Shown: positions 13,101 through 24,713, numbered from the stretch's first letter. The stretch is DNA of 64,000 nucleotides from Ginglymostoma cirratum (GCA_024137785.1 JAHRHZ010000012.1:69347286-69411285), one strand, 5' to 3'. A program made the numbers and translations. The notes: generated by a model from the sequence alone, not told the origin.

Positions 13101-13306
13101 CGGTTTAATGGTTGTTGAGCCTTTATTTCTTAGGAAAAAATGTACGACTTAGAGATATTTGTATCATTATTATCATAACACTCCACTACAGATGGGATAA
13201 TGGTACAGTCCAATATATGAAATACCACAGCATGTTGGCAAGCAATTGGAAAACAACATTGCATTTTGTTCATTAAGTTGCACTTTTTGAAGCTGACTTA
13301 CTCAAT

Positions 13307-13961
13307 TTTGATTTGATTTGATTTATTATTGTCACATATACTGAGATACAGTGAAAATTATTGTTTTACATGCTAACCAGACAAATCATACTTTACATAA
13401 GTACAACTGAGCAATAGAAGAGAATGCAGAATATAGTTTTACCAGCTACAGAGAAGGTTTAGAGGAAGATCAACCGTAATATATGAGAGGTCCATTCAAA
13501 GGTCTGATAACAGCAGGGAAGAAGCTGTTCTTGAATCTGTCGGTAGTTGTTTTCAAACTTTGTATCTTCTACTTGATGGAAGAGGGTGGAAGAGATTATA
13601 ACAGGGTGGGAGGGGTCTTTGATTATGTTGGTTGCTTTCCCAAGAGAGCAGGAAATATAGATGGCGTCAATGGAAGGACGGCTAGCTTCAGCGATGGGCT
13701 GGGCTGCATTCACAACTCACTGTAATTTCTTGCTACCTTGGGCAGTGCAATTGCCATACCAATCTATGAAGCATCTGGATAAGATATTTTCTATGGTGCA
13801 TCTATAAAAATTGGTAAGAGTGATTGTAGACATGCTGAATTTCCTTAGCCTTCTGAGGAAGTAGAGGCATTGGTATGCTTTCTTCCATGTAGCCTCACTG
13901 TGGACGGACCAGGATAGATTGTTGGCAATATTTAATCCTAGAAAATTGAAGCTGTTGACTA
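13307..13961 (-). mobile_element. Rex1/Babar LINE, 3' part (split by the Penelope insertion)
   Basis: ORF 13717..14001 FNFLGLNIANNLSWS..KKAYQCLYFLRRLRKF..NFYRCTIE; (aaatc)n tail at 13307-13325. Confidence 0.85.
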
Positions 13962-13997
13962 TTGAGGTTGGTTGGCTTGCCGAGCTGGTTTGTTGTT

Positions 13998-14041
13998 CCA
14001 CAGATGTTTCGTTACCGTGCTTGGTATCATCCTCAGTGTAG
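13998..14041 (-). ncRNA. Hammerhead ribozyme in the 3' pLTR (GUC to AUC)
   Basis: CTACA CTGAGGA T GATACC-AAGCAC-GGTAAC GAAAC ATC TGTGG. Confidence 0.8.
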
Positions 14042-16390
14042 CCTCTGAGGAAGCATTGGTGTGTTTTCCCGCCTGGTTTTTAAACTCTGGGGTCTGTTGC
14101 AGTGGATTGCCTCACTTCCGGGTTTCCTCCATAGTGGAATGTGTATGGGGTCGAGTTCAATGTGTTTATTAATAGCATGCTTCGTGGAGTGCCATGCTTC
14201 CAGGAATTCTTGTGCCTGTCTCTGCCTAGCCTGTCCCAGGATCTTGGTGTTGTCCCAGTCGAAGTCATGGTTCTCCTTGTCCATGTGGATTGAGATGAGT
14301 GAGTATTGGTCGTGTCTTTTTGTAGCCAGTTGGTGTTCATGTACTCTTGTTGTTAGTTTCCTTCCTGTTTGTCCGATGTAGTGTTTCTCACAGTCTCTGC
14401 AGGGGATCTTGTAGATGACATTGGTCCTGTCCATGGTGGGGAGTGGGTCATTAGTTCGAGTGAGCAGTTGTCGTACGGTTGATGTGGGCTTGTGTGCCAA
14501 TCTGATGCCCAGCAGTCGTAGAAATCTTGTGGTGAGTTCTGACGTGTTCCTGATGTAGGGTAGTGTGATGAGTGTGTCAGGGCGTGTAGAATCTTTCTGA
14601 TGCTCTTCGTCTAGGCATCTCCTGACCCAGTTCTTTGAATATCCATTATCCTTGAAACTTGGAAGAGGTATTCTTCCTCCTCTTGGCGTAGTTCTGTGTT
14701 GCTGCAGTGTGTTGTTGCCCTTTTAAATAGTGTTTGCATGAACTTCGTTTGTGTGTGCCGGGATGGTTACTGTTGAAGTTCAGTACGTGGTCTGTGTGTG
14801 TGGCTTTTCAGTGTACTTTCATTTGCAGGTCCCCATTTGTCTTGCGCTCTACCATGACGTCCAGGAATGGGAGCTGTTTGTTCTTCTCCTCCTCTCTGGT
14901 GAATTTTATTCTGGTGAGGGTGTTGTTTATGAGCTTGTGTGTCTCTTCTAATTTGGTCCATTTAACGATGACAAAGGTGTCGTCTACGTAGCGTATCCAT
15001 AGTTTAGGTTAGATTTTCAGAAGGGCAGTCCTTTCCAGTCTTTGCATCACTGCTTCTGCTATGAGTCTGGAGATATGTGATCCCATGGGTGTCCCGTTGA
15101 TTTGCTCGTATGTTTGGCTGTTGAAGGTGAAGTGGGTGGTCAGGCATAGGTCCAGTAGTTTAAGCATGTTGTCCTTGGAGATGGTTTCACTGGGGTCATG
15201 TTCTTGTTCAAGTAGTGTTGTCATGTTTCCCTTGCTAGAGGTATCTCTATTGATGTGAATAGGGCAGTGACATCAGACAATATCATGGTGTCTTCGTCCT
15301 TTGTCTTTAGTCTTTGATGGAGTTGAGGAATTCTTGGGCTGAGTGGATGGAGTGGGGTGATTTGTTGACTCTGTGCTTGAATCTTCTTTGTAGTAGTCTG
15401 GCTAATCTGTGCGATGGAGTGCCTGGTAGGGAGACTATGGGTCTGAGGGGGACTTCTGGCTTGTGCACTTTTGGGAGGCTGTAGAATCAGGATGTGTTGG
15501 TTCCTTCAGGTTTCATTCTTAAGAAGTCTGTTTGGTTGATCTGTCCTGTTTGTTTAAGTCTTTGCAGCATGTATAGGATTTTGGTGCCTAGTTGAGGTGT
15601 TGGGTCAGTCTGTACTGGTTGGTATGTGTTCTCGTCGGCGAGCAGTGCTTGTGCCTTGGAGATGTAGTCCCTTTTATTCATTATCACTGTCATACGCCCT
15701 TTGTCTGCAGGTAATATAGTGATGTTCTTGTCCTTCTTTAATCTGTCCAGGGCTTGTCTTTCCCATGTGTTGAGGGTGTTGAGTTCCCTCTTTCTGCTTA
15801 GTGTTGGGACTACTGTCTGTCTTAGAGTTTGTTGTATTTCTTCATTGATATTGTTGGTCGAGTGTGGCTTCCAGTGTAGCTAGCCATTCCGTTTTGTTGG
15901 TGTCCCTATAGTTGTCATTCAGTCCCTGGGTGAGAACGGCTTTTTCCGCGTCTGTCAGTTTCCTGTCAGAGAGGTTCCTTATCCATGTGTCAGTTCTGTT
16001 GGTGTCGTTTTTGTGGGTAAGTGTGGTTAGCTTGTCTTGCAGGGTCTGTCTTTTCTTGGCTCTTGTGGTCTGTCGGCTGATGTTAATGGCTTGTTCCATG
16101 TCGGTTGTCCAGTCTTGATAGGTAGCTTCCTGGAATAACGTTTTTTGGCGCGTAATTTCACTGTTGTATTTGTGGAGCCGGTTGTGTGTGTCGTTTATCA
16201 TTACCCTTATCATCTTGCGGCCATTTTGTTCTGCTATTTTCCGGGCTTGTAGGTTGTTGGTGGGTGGTTTGTACTTCACACTGCGTGGTAATACCTGGTT
16301 CCTGAGGCATCCATGTAGGAAGTAGAGTTGTTCACAGGTTGCGCTCTCTCATTTGGCATAGTTTTCCCATTTCCTTGCCAGTTTGAGCAT
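14033..16390 (-). pseudogene. Penelope RT + GIY-YIG endonuclease ORF, disrupted
   Basis: ATG 16390 MLKLARKWENYAK, then TGA (likely CGA decay); pieces 15842..16279, 15487..15693, 15009..15224, 14767..14961, 14033..14500 joined by stops and frameshifts. Confidence 0.9.
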
Positions 16391-16483
16391 GTTGCACCTA
16401 TAGGTCTCTAAGGTTTTGGAGTAGATCTGTAGCTCAGGTTGTGGGTGTTGAGGTTGGTTGGCTCGCCGAGCTGGTTTGTTGTT

Positions 16484-16527
16484 CCGCAGACGTTTCGTTA
16501 CCATGCTTGGTAACATCCTCAGTGCAG
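16484..16527 (-). ncRNA. Intact type I hammerhead ribozyme in the 5' pLTR
   Basis: CTGCA CTGAGGA T GTTACC-AAGCAT-GGTAAC GAAAC GTC TGCGG; all core nucleotides, 5-bp helix I, 6-bp helix II; predicted cut between 16489 and 16488. Confidence 0.9.
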
Positions 16528-16910
16528 TCTCTGATGAAGCGTCGGTGTGTTTTCCCGCCTGGTTTTTAAATTCGGGGGTCCGTTGCGATGGATTGCCTCA
16601 CTTCCGGGTTTCCTCCGTAGTGGAATGTATATGGGGTCGAGTTCAATGTGTTTAATAAGAGCATGCTTCGTGGAGTGCCATGCTTCCAGGAATTCTCATG
16701 CCTGTCTCTGCCTAGCCCGTCCCAGGATCTTGGTGTTGTTCCAGTCGGAGTCATGGTTTTCCTTGTCCATGTGGATTGAGATGAGTGAGCATTGGTCGTG
16801 TCTTTTTGTAGCCAGTTGGTGTTCATGTATTCTCGTTGTTAGTTTCCTTCCTGTTTGTCCGATGTAGTGTTTCTCACAGTCTCTGCAGGGGATCTTGTAG
16901 ATGACATTGG

Positions 16911-17449
16911 TCATCACACTACCCTACATCAGGAACACGTCAGAACTCATCACAAGACTCCTACGACTGCTGGGCATCAGAGTGGCACACAAGCCCACAT
17001 CAACCGTACGACAACTGCTCACTCGAACTAATGACCCACTCCCCACCATGGACAGGACCAATGTCATCTACAAGATCCCCTGCAGAGACTGTGAGAAACA
17101 CTACATCGGACAAACAGGAAGGAAACTAACAACGAGAATACATGAACACCAACTGGCTACAAAAAGACACGACCAATACTCACTCATCTCAATCCACATG
17201 GATAAGGAGAACCACGACTCCGACTGGGACAACACCGAGATCCTGGGACAGGCTAGGCAGAGACAGGCACGAGAATTCCTGGAAGCATGGCACTCCACGA
17301 AGCATGCTGTTAATAAACACATTGAACTCGACCCCATATACATTCCACTACGGCGGAAACCCGGAAGTGAGGCAATCCATCGCAACGGACCCCAGAGTTT
17401 AAAAACCAGGCGGGAAAACATACTGACGCTTCATCAGAGTCTGCACTGA
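16911..17449 (+). pseudogene. Inverted copy of the Penelope GIY-YIG endonuclease domain (open frame)
   Basis: ORF 16901..17449 LPYI..VIYKIPCRDCEKHYIGQTGR..REFLEAWHS. Confidence 0.9.
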
Positions 17450-17484
17450 GAATGTTACCAAGCATGGTAACTAAACATCTGTGG
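17441..17484 (+). ncRNA. Mutated hammerhead in the inverted pLTR
   Basis: CTGCA CTGAGAA T GTTACC-AAGCAT-GGTAAC TAAAC ATC TGTGG; three core changes, likely inactive. Confidence 0.7.
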
Positions 17485-17558
17485 AACAACAAACCAGCTC
17501 GGCGAGCCAACCAATCTCAACACCCGCAACCCGAGCTACAGATCTACTCCAAAACCTT

Positions 17559-17766
17559 AGCTGTTGATTATCTCCACTTGAGCAACTTTGATACAGGCAG
17601 TGGCGTATCCTCCACTCCACTTCCTGAATTTGAAGACCAGCTGACATTGAGGAAGAGATTGTTATCTTTACACCATACCACTAAGCTCTCTATCACTTTC
17701 CTGTATTCTGTCTTGTTGTTGTTTGGGAACCAACCCACTATGGTGGTGTCATCAGCAAATTTGTAA
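17559..17766 (-). mobile_element. Rex1/Babar LINE, 5' part of the copy at 13307-13961
   Basis: Minus strand encodes YKFADDTTIVG..NNNKTEYRKVIESLVVWCKDNNL.LNV. Confidence 0.85.
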
Positions 17767-17794
17767 ATGGAATTAATGTAATGGAATTAAACAA

Positions 17795-17925
17795 TTTCTG
17801 AAGAAGGGTCCAGACCCAAAACGTCAGCTTGCCTGCTCCTCTAATGCTGCTTAGCCTACTGTGTTCATCCAGCTCTACACATTGTTATCTCAGATTTTCC
17901 AGCATCGGCAGTTCCTACTATTTCT
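17795..17925 (+). mobile_element. Penelope pLTR fragment (family B) starting at an HHR motif
   Basis: TTT CTGAAGA A GGGTC-CA-GACCC AAAAC GTC AGC (G12 to A). Confidence 0.8.
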
Positions 17926-18017
17926 AAAGAATCATTAATGGTTGTTTTGGGCTGGTTTGTAGTGAAGTTTCCAGGAGCCAATGTTGGAACCCTTGCTTTT
18001 CTTGCTCTATGTTTAGG

Positions 18018-18097
18018 TGTGTATGTATATGTACATATATAAATGTATGTATGTCATATGTATATATGTCATCTATATATATAGATATATTTATATT
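18018..18097. repeat. (TA)/(TATG)-rich low-complexity repeat
   Basis: gtatgtatatgtacatatat...atatttatat. Confidence 0.8.
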
Positions 18098-18792
18098 CAT
18101 GACATGGCTCAATTTTCTGAGGAGCAGCAATTTCACACAGTTTGCCATTCTTACCATTTCTTTTACAAAAGGAGAGAGTTCCACATTTCTGACAAGAGAT
18201 TCTGAGCAGGGTTTTTCAGAAAGCCGTATTCCATGCTGACAGTTCTCTTGAGCTGAAGAATCATCAGGGGCAGGTAAACTATGGCCTCTTTTTACAGAAG
18301 TCAGCTTCTATATTCTTGAATTTAAAGGTCCGGAATCACAGGCAGCCACTTTGCCAGCTGCTGGTAGTAAGATCTTAAGGTTAGAGTGTCAGGACTGTTG
18401 GGTGCCAGGCAAGTTGGGCGCCGACTGGGTGGTTCATATGGTGTTCACTTGGGTTGTGAAGGGCTGTTAGGTCTGGAATAAATGATGAGTACATTCGGGC
18501 TAGAATGAAGGAAGAGGTTCTGCTTCTGCAGGGTGAACAGGATTGGGTTCAGGGCTGGAGAAGTGGGGAACATGCCTGGAATGGGAAAAGGTGGCATTGG
18601 ATCTGGAGTGGGTATATGGATGCCTTCAGGTCTAGTGGAGGGGAAGAAAGGTGTCAGATCTGGCGGGAATGGGGTTGTTGGGTTCCTGGGTGGAATAAGA
18701 GGGGTTTCAGGTCATGTTCTAGGAAATGTTTGGGGTTTGGGGAAGGTGTAGTTGGGGATGTGCGAGATAAACATGGAGTGAGTTGAATAGTT

Positions 18793-18905
18793 AAAAACCA
18801 AAAGAGCTGCTGATGCGGTAAATGGGAAACAAAAACAGAAACTGCTGGAAAAGCTCAGCAGGTCTGGCAGCATCTGTGAAGAGAACTCAGAGATAATGTT
18901 TCAGA
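18793..18905 (-). mobile_element. Penelope pLTR fragment (family A)
   Basis: aaaaaccaaaagagctgc...gctggaaaagctcagcaggtctggcagcatctgtg. Confidence 0.8.
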
Positions 18906-18984
18906 ACTGGACCAACTTGATATTAGTGAGATAGTTTGAGAGACCGGTTAAGAAAACATATCTCAGTAGCATCATTCTTCCACA

Positions 18985-19093
18985 GGGCTCTTGTGTTACA
19001 GTAGTAGTGCCCTTACCTCACAGCCAGGAGGCCTGGGTTCAAGTCCCACCTGCTCCAGAGCTGTGTCACAATGTCTCTGAGCAGGCTGATTGA
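18985..19093 (+). mobile_element. Short tRNA-derived SINE
   Basis: A-box-like gtgttacagtagtag and B-box gggttcaagtccc. Confidence 0.65.
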
Positions 19094-19114
19094 TAAAAAT
19101 GCTGACAATACCCT

Positions 19115-19700
19115 GGAGATTTTTAATAGGGGCATGGAGTGCACAGGAAAACAAGGTTATTTTGAACTTGTACAAGGTCACTAAGTATTAGCTTGGCGTT
19201 GGCTAGATTATTGCATCCAAATCTGGACACCACACTTTAGGAAGAATTTGAAGGCATATGTGAAGATGCAATAAAAGATTCATGAGGATGTTTCCAAGGA
19301 TGAGGGACTTCAGTAATGAAGGTAGGTTGGAGAAATTGGACTGTTTACTTCAGAGAAAAGAAAGCTGAGAGGAATTTGATAGGGGTATTCAAAATTCTGA
19401 GGAGTTTAAACACATAGGATAGGGAGAAACTATTTCCTCTTGTGAAGGCTTCAAGAACAAGAGGGCACCTGATTAAAAGTACCTTGTAAAACAAGTAAAA
19501 GTGATATGAGGAATAACGTATTCATGAAATGACCTCATGAAGTTAGGATCTAAAATGCTCTGCCTGACCGTGGTGGAGGGAGGTTCAGTTGAGGCTTAGG
19601 AAGAAAATATAGCTTTATGGAAAGAAAGGAACTAAGTGAAGAGAAAGTGCAGACACGATATGCCAAATGACTTCCTCTGTAACATAACAATGCTGTGATT
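19115..19700 (+). mobile_element. CR1 LINE 3' fragment
   Basis: LNLYK, YCIQIWTPHFRK, gataggggtattcaaaatt. Confidence 0.75.
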
Positions 19701-20642
19701 CTAATTCTTATGAGTGGTTCCATGTTTGCCTCAGTTTAATAATTCTAGTAGAAAAGGGATCCTAAATAAAAGAGTTCCATTATTGGAAAGATGTGGCAAC
19801 AGGCTGTTAAAGAATGTCCAATGAAGATTCTTCCATTCTCAAAATGGAGTAAAAAAGAAGTTTTTTCTTTAAAGTGCCATGTTGGCTCATGTTATAATTG
19901 AACATCATTCCACAGCTGCACATTCAAATTGACAAGTCAATATGTTTTGCCTGAACCAATCTATTCTCATCAGATGCAATGCTTATTCAATATTGTCCAG
20001 TCATTAAGTATTGCACTGTTTGTATCAAAACCTCTTGGAAAACTGGAAAGTATCTATAATATGAGAGTTGAGCTTCGGTCTTGATATTGTGTTTATATCA
20101 GTAGATATTTGTTATTGGTTCATGCATGTACAGAGCTTGCTTCCTCCCAAAAGTTTTTTTTTCAAGACAGTGTTCAAGAAGCAATGAGCAGTATAACTGC
20201 TTTAAAATATTACTGCATTATTTGACAACCACAGGTGATGAGTGATTATTAAGTATTCATAATAATCTATAACTTAATAAATGGAATAATTTCTGTAGAA
20301 TTAAGCAAAATTCTGATATTACTTTAAGTTACTCTGAGATTTCACAATTAATATGGGGTTTAGCTGCTTTATAAACAATATACATTTTTTATTCCAAAGC
20401 AAAATACCATGGTTGTTGGAGATATGGCGGAGAAAAGGTCTGAATCATAATCCATTTTCTCAACCAATAGACCTATCAAAGTTTCTTGAGCATCATGTTT
20501 ACTAATGATGCGGGAATGTCTGAGATTGTGGAATGAGGTACTAACTATAAGTTGCATTACAATGGCAAAACTGTTTTTATGTCAAGCCAATCGAAATTAC
20601 TTCAAACAGCAGCGTTTGTTTTAATAAAATTCATCATCCACA

Positions 20643-20730
20643 GAGATAACAAGGTGTAGAGCTGGATGAACACAGCAGGCCAAGCAGCATCAGAGGAGCA
20701 GGAAGGCTGACGTTTCAGGCCTAGACCCTC
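20643..20730 (-). mobile_element. 88-bp Penelope pLTR insertion (family B)
   Basis: Perfect 13-bp TSD ttcatcatccaca at 20630-20642 and 20731-20743; 5' end lies in the HHR CUGANGA box. Confidence 0.85.
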
Positions 20731-21484
20731 TTCATCATCCACATTTCTATTCCAAAGAGTTGATCTATGGGCAATTTTTCTTTAATTACAAGAATGGAAG
20801 AACTGGAGCACCCATATGACTTCTGAAGCCAATTCCATCATTCAACAATATTAGGCCTGAACTGTTTTCCATACCTTAATACCATTCCATACCTCCATAC
20901 CATTTTCCCATCTTAATTCTAAATCCATTAGTAACCGTGCCTAAAAAGACATCTATCAGTCTCAATTTAGGTAGTTTCAACTGAATTATTATTAGTGGTG
21001 TTTTGGGACAGAATAAATAAGTCGAGAAGAGCTGTGAATCAGATTGAACTACAAATAAATGACAGACTGACAATTGTAATAGTATCTCTCAAAAAATTAA
21101 ATCATTGTAATATGAAAAACATTACAGCTGTATATATCTTGCCCCAATGTATTACGTTTCAATGTTTTTAAATGGGTGAACCATTGGGCATGTTAGAATT
21201 TTAAAATGACAATTTTCTTTTCATCTTCTCCAGTATGTGTCAGCGCTCTCTACACTAATGTCAGCCGCTAACTTTGGAGGCTACCAACCATTTATTAGTA
21301 CCATCAGCGTAAATTATATAGGTCCTGCTTATAATGCATTAAGCACATTTCAGGACTATTTCAGGAATTCAATAAGTACTTAGCCTTTTAAAAAGTTTCA
21401 TTCAGCCAATGTCACATGCTGAAGCAATTTCAATCATCTGCTTGCATCTTATTAAAGTGTACTTACCTCAGCGATGGGATTTTG

Positions 21485-22085
21485 CAGCAGGTAGTAAAGA
21501 AGGCAAACTGCATGTTGTTTTCACAGCAAAAGGATTCAAGTTCAATAACAAGGATGTCCTGCTGCAATTATACAGCGCATTTGTACGGCCACACTTATCT
21601 GAGGAAGGGTGTTCTTGCTATAGAGTGAATGTAGAGTAGGTTCACCAAATTGATTCCTGGATAGCAGGATTGATGTATGAGGAAACATTGAGTCGGTTAG
21701 AATTGTATTCACTCGAGCTTAGTAGAATAAGGGGAGTGATCTCTTAGAAATCTGTAAAATTCTAACAGGACAGGTTAGATACAGGAAGAATGTTCCCGAT
21801 GATGGGGAAGTCTACAACCAGTTTAAGAATAAGGGGTAAACTTTTTAGGACTGAGAGGAGAGAAAATGTGTTTGTTCAGACAGAGGTTAGCCTGTGAAAT
21901 TCACCAACACAGAAAGCGGTTGAGGCCAAAACATTACATCTTTTCAAGAAGGAAATGGATCAAACTCTTGTGGCTAAAAGGATCAAGGGATATGGGAGGA
22001 GTGCAGGACTAGGGTATTGAGCTTGATGATCTGTCTGGATCATATTGAATGGCAGAGCAGGCTTGAGGAGTCAAACGGCCTCCTC
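21485..22085 (+). mobile_element. CR1 LINE 3' fragment
   Basis: KDVLLQLYSAFVRPHL in ORF 21409..21639; CR1 3' UTR. Confidence 0.85.
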
Positions 22086-22559
22086 TACATATTTGTATAT
22101 TTTTTTCATAAAGTTTCCATAATTGTGTGTGCAATATGCAGGAGAAGCAGTTTCTACATGGAAATTTTTTTCCAAAAAAAATGTGTCTCACTTACATTTT
22201 TGGCTTTACCATTCACATGATGGAAGAGGAAATTTACTTTTACTCCAAATTTACAACTTTCATAGAGATCGAGTGAGTAGGAGGAGCTGAGAGAAGAGTG
22301 TAGCACTCACCCTGGTGCAGTACAGAAGTCATTGCCTTTCCTTCTGAATTTCTGGCCACTCCACTGCACCCTAGAGATGGCATTGACCCAGTTGGTGACT
22401 TCAGACCAGCCTGGCAGTGTCTTTACATCGTGGGGAGTTTACATCATGAGCCAGATTTTCATGCAACTTGTGATAAAGGGGTGGCAATAATCATTGTTGA
22501 TTTGAAACTGCGTACAAACTGGAAAAATAAGATTGGCAACAGTAGCATAATGAAGAGTT

Positions 22560-23010
22560 CATAGACTGTTTCCAAGACAGTTTCTTAGGGCAGTACATTC
22601 TAGATCCAACTAGAGAGCAAGTTTTGTTAGACTTTGTATTGTGTAATGTGACAATTAATTAATGACTTCAGTATGAAGATACATTTAGATAGCAGTGACC
22701 ACGATATGGCTAAATTTTACATCCATTAAAGAGAATAGTGGGTGTAAGACTGATATTTTAATCTTAAATAAGGGCAACAATGTGGGCATAAAAGCTGAGC
22801 TAGCTAAAATAAATGTTGAGCTCGGAGATTGGTCAATAAAGAAGTAGTGGCAGTCATCCAAGGGGTGTTTTAGAGTAATCAGAATAAGCATATTCATACT
22901 ACTGAAGAAGTTTAGGAAAGCATCAAATGAAAGAAAAGCACAAAGGTGAGAGGCAGCTCAGATGAATTGTCAAAATATAGACAACAACAGAAAATAACTA
23001 AGAGGTTCTG
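22560..23010 (+). mobile_element. CR1 LINE fragment (endonuclease and linker region)
   Basis: DSFL.QYILDPTREQ..LDFVLCN..SDH motifs. Confidence 0.7.
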
Positions 23011-23248
23011 AAACATAAAAGTACCTGCTAAAGGGGGATTTGAGCCTGAGTCCTCAGGATACTACCTAGGTATCTGGAACAACAGAGCAGTAGTAATACC
23101 ACTAGGCTATTACCTATTTAGGCAGGTTCCCTGCAGTCCATGTCATTGTCTACATCTGGAGCAAGAGCCACGTATCTATTTAATAACGGCACTGGCTATT
23201 AATCCTCCAAAACTAAATTCTAGATCCCAAAACCTGCATCACTCACAG

Positions 23249-23481
23249 TGATAATGGGAGCTGCCGATGCTGGAGAATCTGAGATAACAAGGTGTATAGC
23301 TGGATGAACACAGCAGGCCAAGCAGCACCAGAGGAGCTGGAAAGCTGACGTTTCGGGTATGGACCCCTCTTCAGAAAATTTCTGATTTTCTGAAGAAGGG
23401 TCCAAACCCAAAACGTCAGCTTTCCAGCTCTTCTGATGCTGCTTGGTCTGCTGTGTTCACCCAGCACTACACCTTGTTATC
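23249..23481. mobile_element. Head-to-head Penelope pLTR hairpin (family B) with an HHR on each arm
   Basis: Arms 23281-23378 and 23386-23483; minus CTGAAGA GGGGTCCATACCC GAAACGTC, plus CTGAAGA AGGGTCCAAACCC AAAACGTC; TSD tc(a/g)ctcacag. Confidence 0.88.
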
Positions 23482-24713
23482 TCGCTCACAGGCATACCCT
23501 TTTCTGCCTCCTCCCAGTCTGCTTCACAGCTACGCTGACTGGCTACATGCTCCTATCAATCTGAAACAAATTTGTTTGATAATATTGTAGGAATATTTGT
23601 AAGCTACTTTAAATTAAGGACCTATTGTATAATGGAAAGGGGAAGATTTAATAAAAGAACACAACTATTCATGATCTTTACACATTGGGAGAATTTTGTG
23701 TTATAGGAATTTATATTCCAAACTAATTGAAGACAAAATTGTCATCAGAACTTCTGATACATTTCTTTCAGAAATGTCACAATCAAAAGAGGACCCCATC
23801 CTGGCAAACTATCCAGATAGTGGTAGAAGCATAAGTCTGAAAACAGCATTTGAAAATGATGGGTGTACAAGCCAACTTAGCGGAAGACCATCAGATGTTA
23901 TCAACTTTGTAAGTTATAGCAGGACACTTGGATACGTTCAAGGTAATTAGACAGAGTTAACATGGTTCTTTTGAAGGGAAATCATGTTTGACCAATCTAT
24001 TAGTGTTCTTTGAGGAGGCAATATGTGCTGTGACAAAAGGGGAACAGATGGATGCACTGTACTTAGATTTTGAAAGATATTTGATAAGGTGCCACATCAA
24101 AGATTATTGCAGAAAATAAAATCTCATGATAAGAAAAGTATCATATTGATATGGATAGAAGATTAGTTGACTTTCAGGAGGTAGAGATTAAGTATTTTGC
24201 AGACTGGCAAGATATAATAACTGGTATGCTATAATGATCAGTACTGGAATATCAACTTACCTATGACTGACTTCATCAATGATTAAATGAAGTGTTGGAA
24301 GGAATGGCTGCCAAATTTGCTGAGAATATAAGATACATAGGAAAGTAAGTTGTAAAGAATACATAAAGAGCCTACAAGCAGATGTAGATAGTTTACGTGT
24401 GTGGGCAAGGATGTATCAAATGAAGTATAGTGTGAGAAAATGTGAAATTGTCCATTTTTACAGGATGAATAAGAAGAAACATACTATTTCAAGGATGAGA
24501 GATTGCAGGGGTCTAGGATGCAGAGATATCAGGTGTCCTCATACATGAATTACAGTTAGAATACAGATACAGATAGTAATTAAGATAGAAAATAGAATGT
24601 TATCATTCAGCACCCGGGAATTGAATACAAAAGTAGGGAAGGCGTGTCTGGAGTAGTTTTACACTATTTAAGGAAGATGTGAATGTGTTGGAAGCAGTTC
24701 TGAGAAGGCTTAC

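Larger units (their letters stand above)
13962..17558 (-). mobile_element. Near-full-length Penelope-like retroelement (Penelope/Poseidon type) with a tandem pLTR and an inverted 3' copy
   Basis: RT motifs GTPMGS and WIRYVDDTFVI (about 14970-15000); GIY-YIG VIYKIPC..YIGQT; pLTR repeated at 13962-14425 and 16408-16912, inverted at 16911-17558; TSD agctgttga(c/t)ta at 13950-13961 and 17559-17570. Confidence 0.95.

Noticed and set aside
16901-17449. 182-aa GIY-YIG ORF as a domesticated host gene
   Set aside because: Near-identical to the adjacent element; the start codon comes from the inversion junction
14061-17510. Antisense ORFs MFSRLVFK.., MNTNWLQK.., MARRAGLL.. repeated three times
   Set aside because: Shadow frames of the triplicated pLTR/endonuclease sequence
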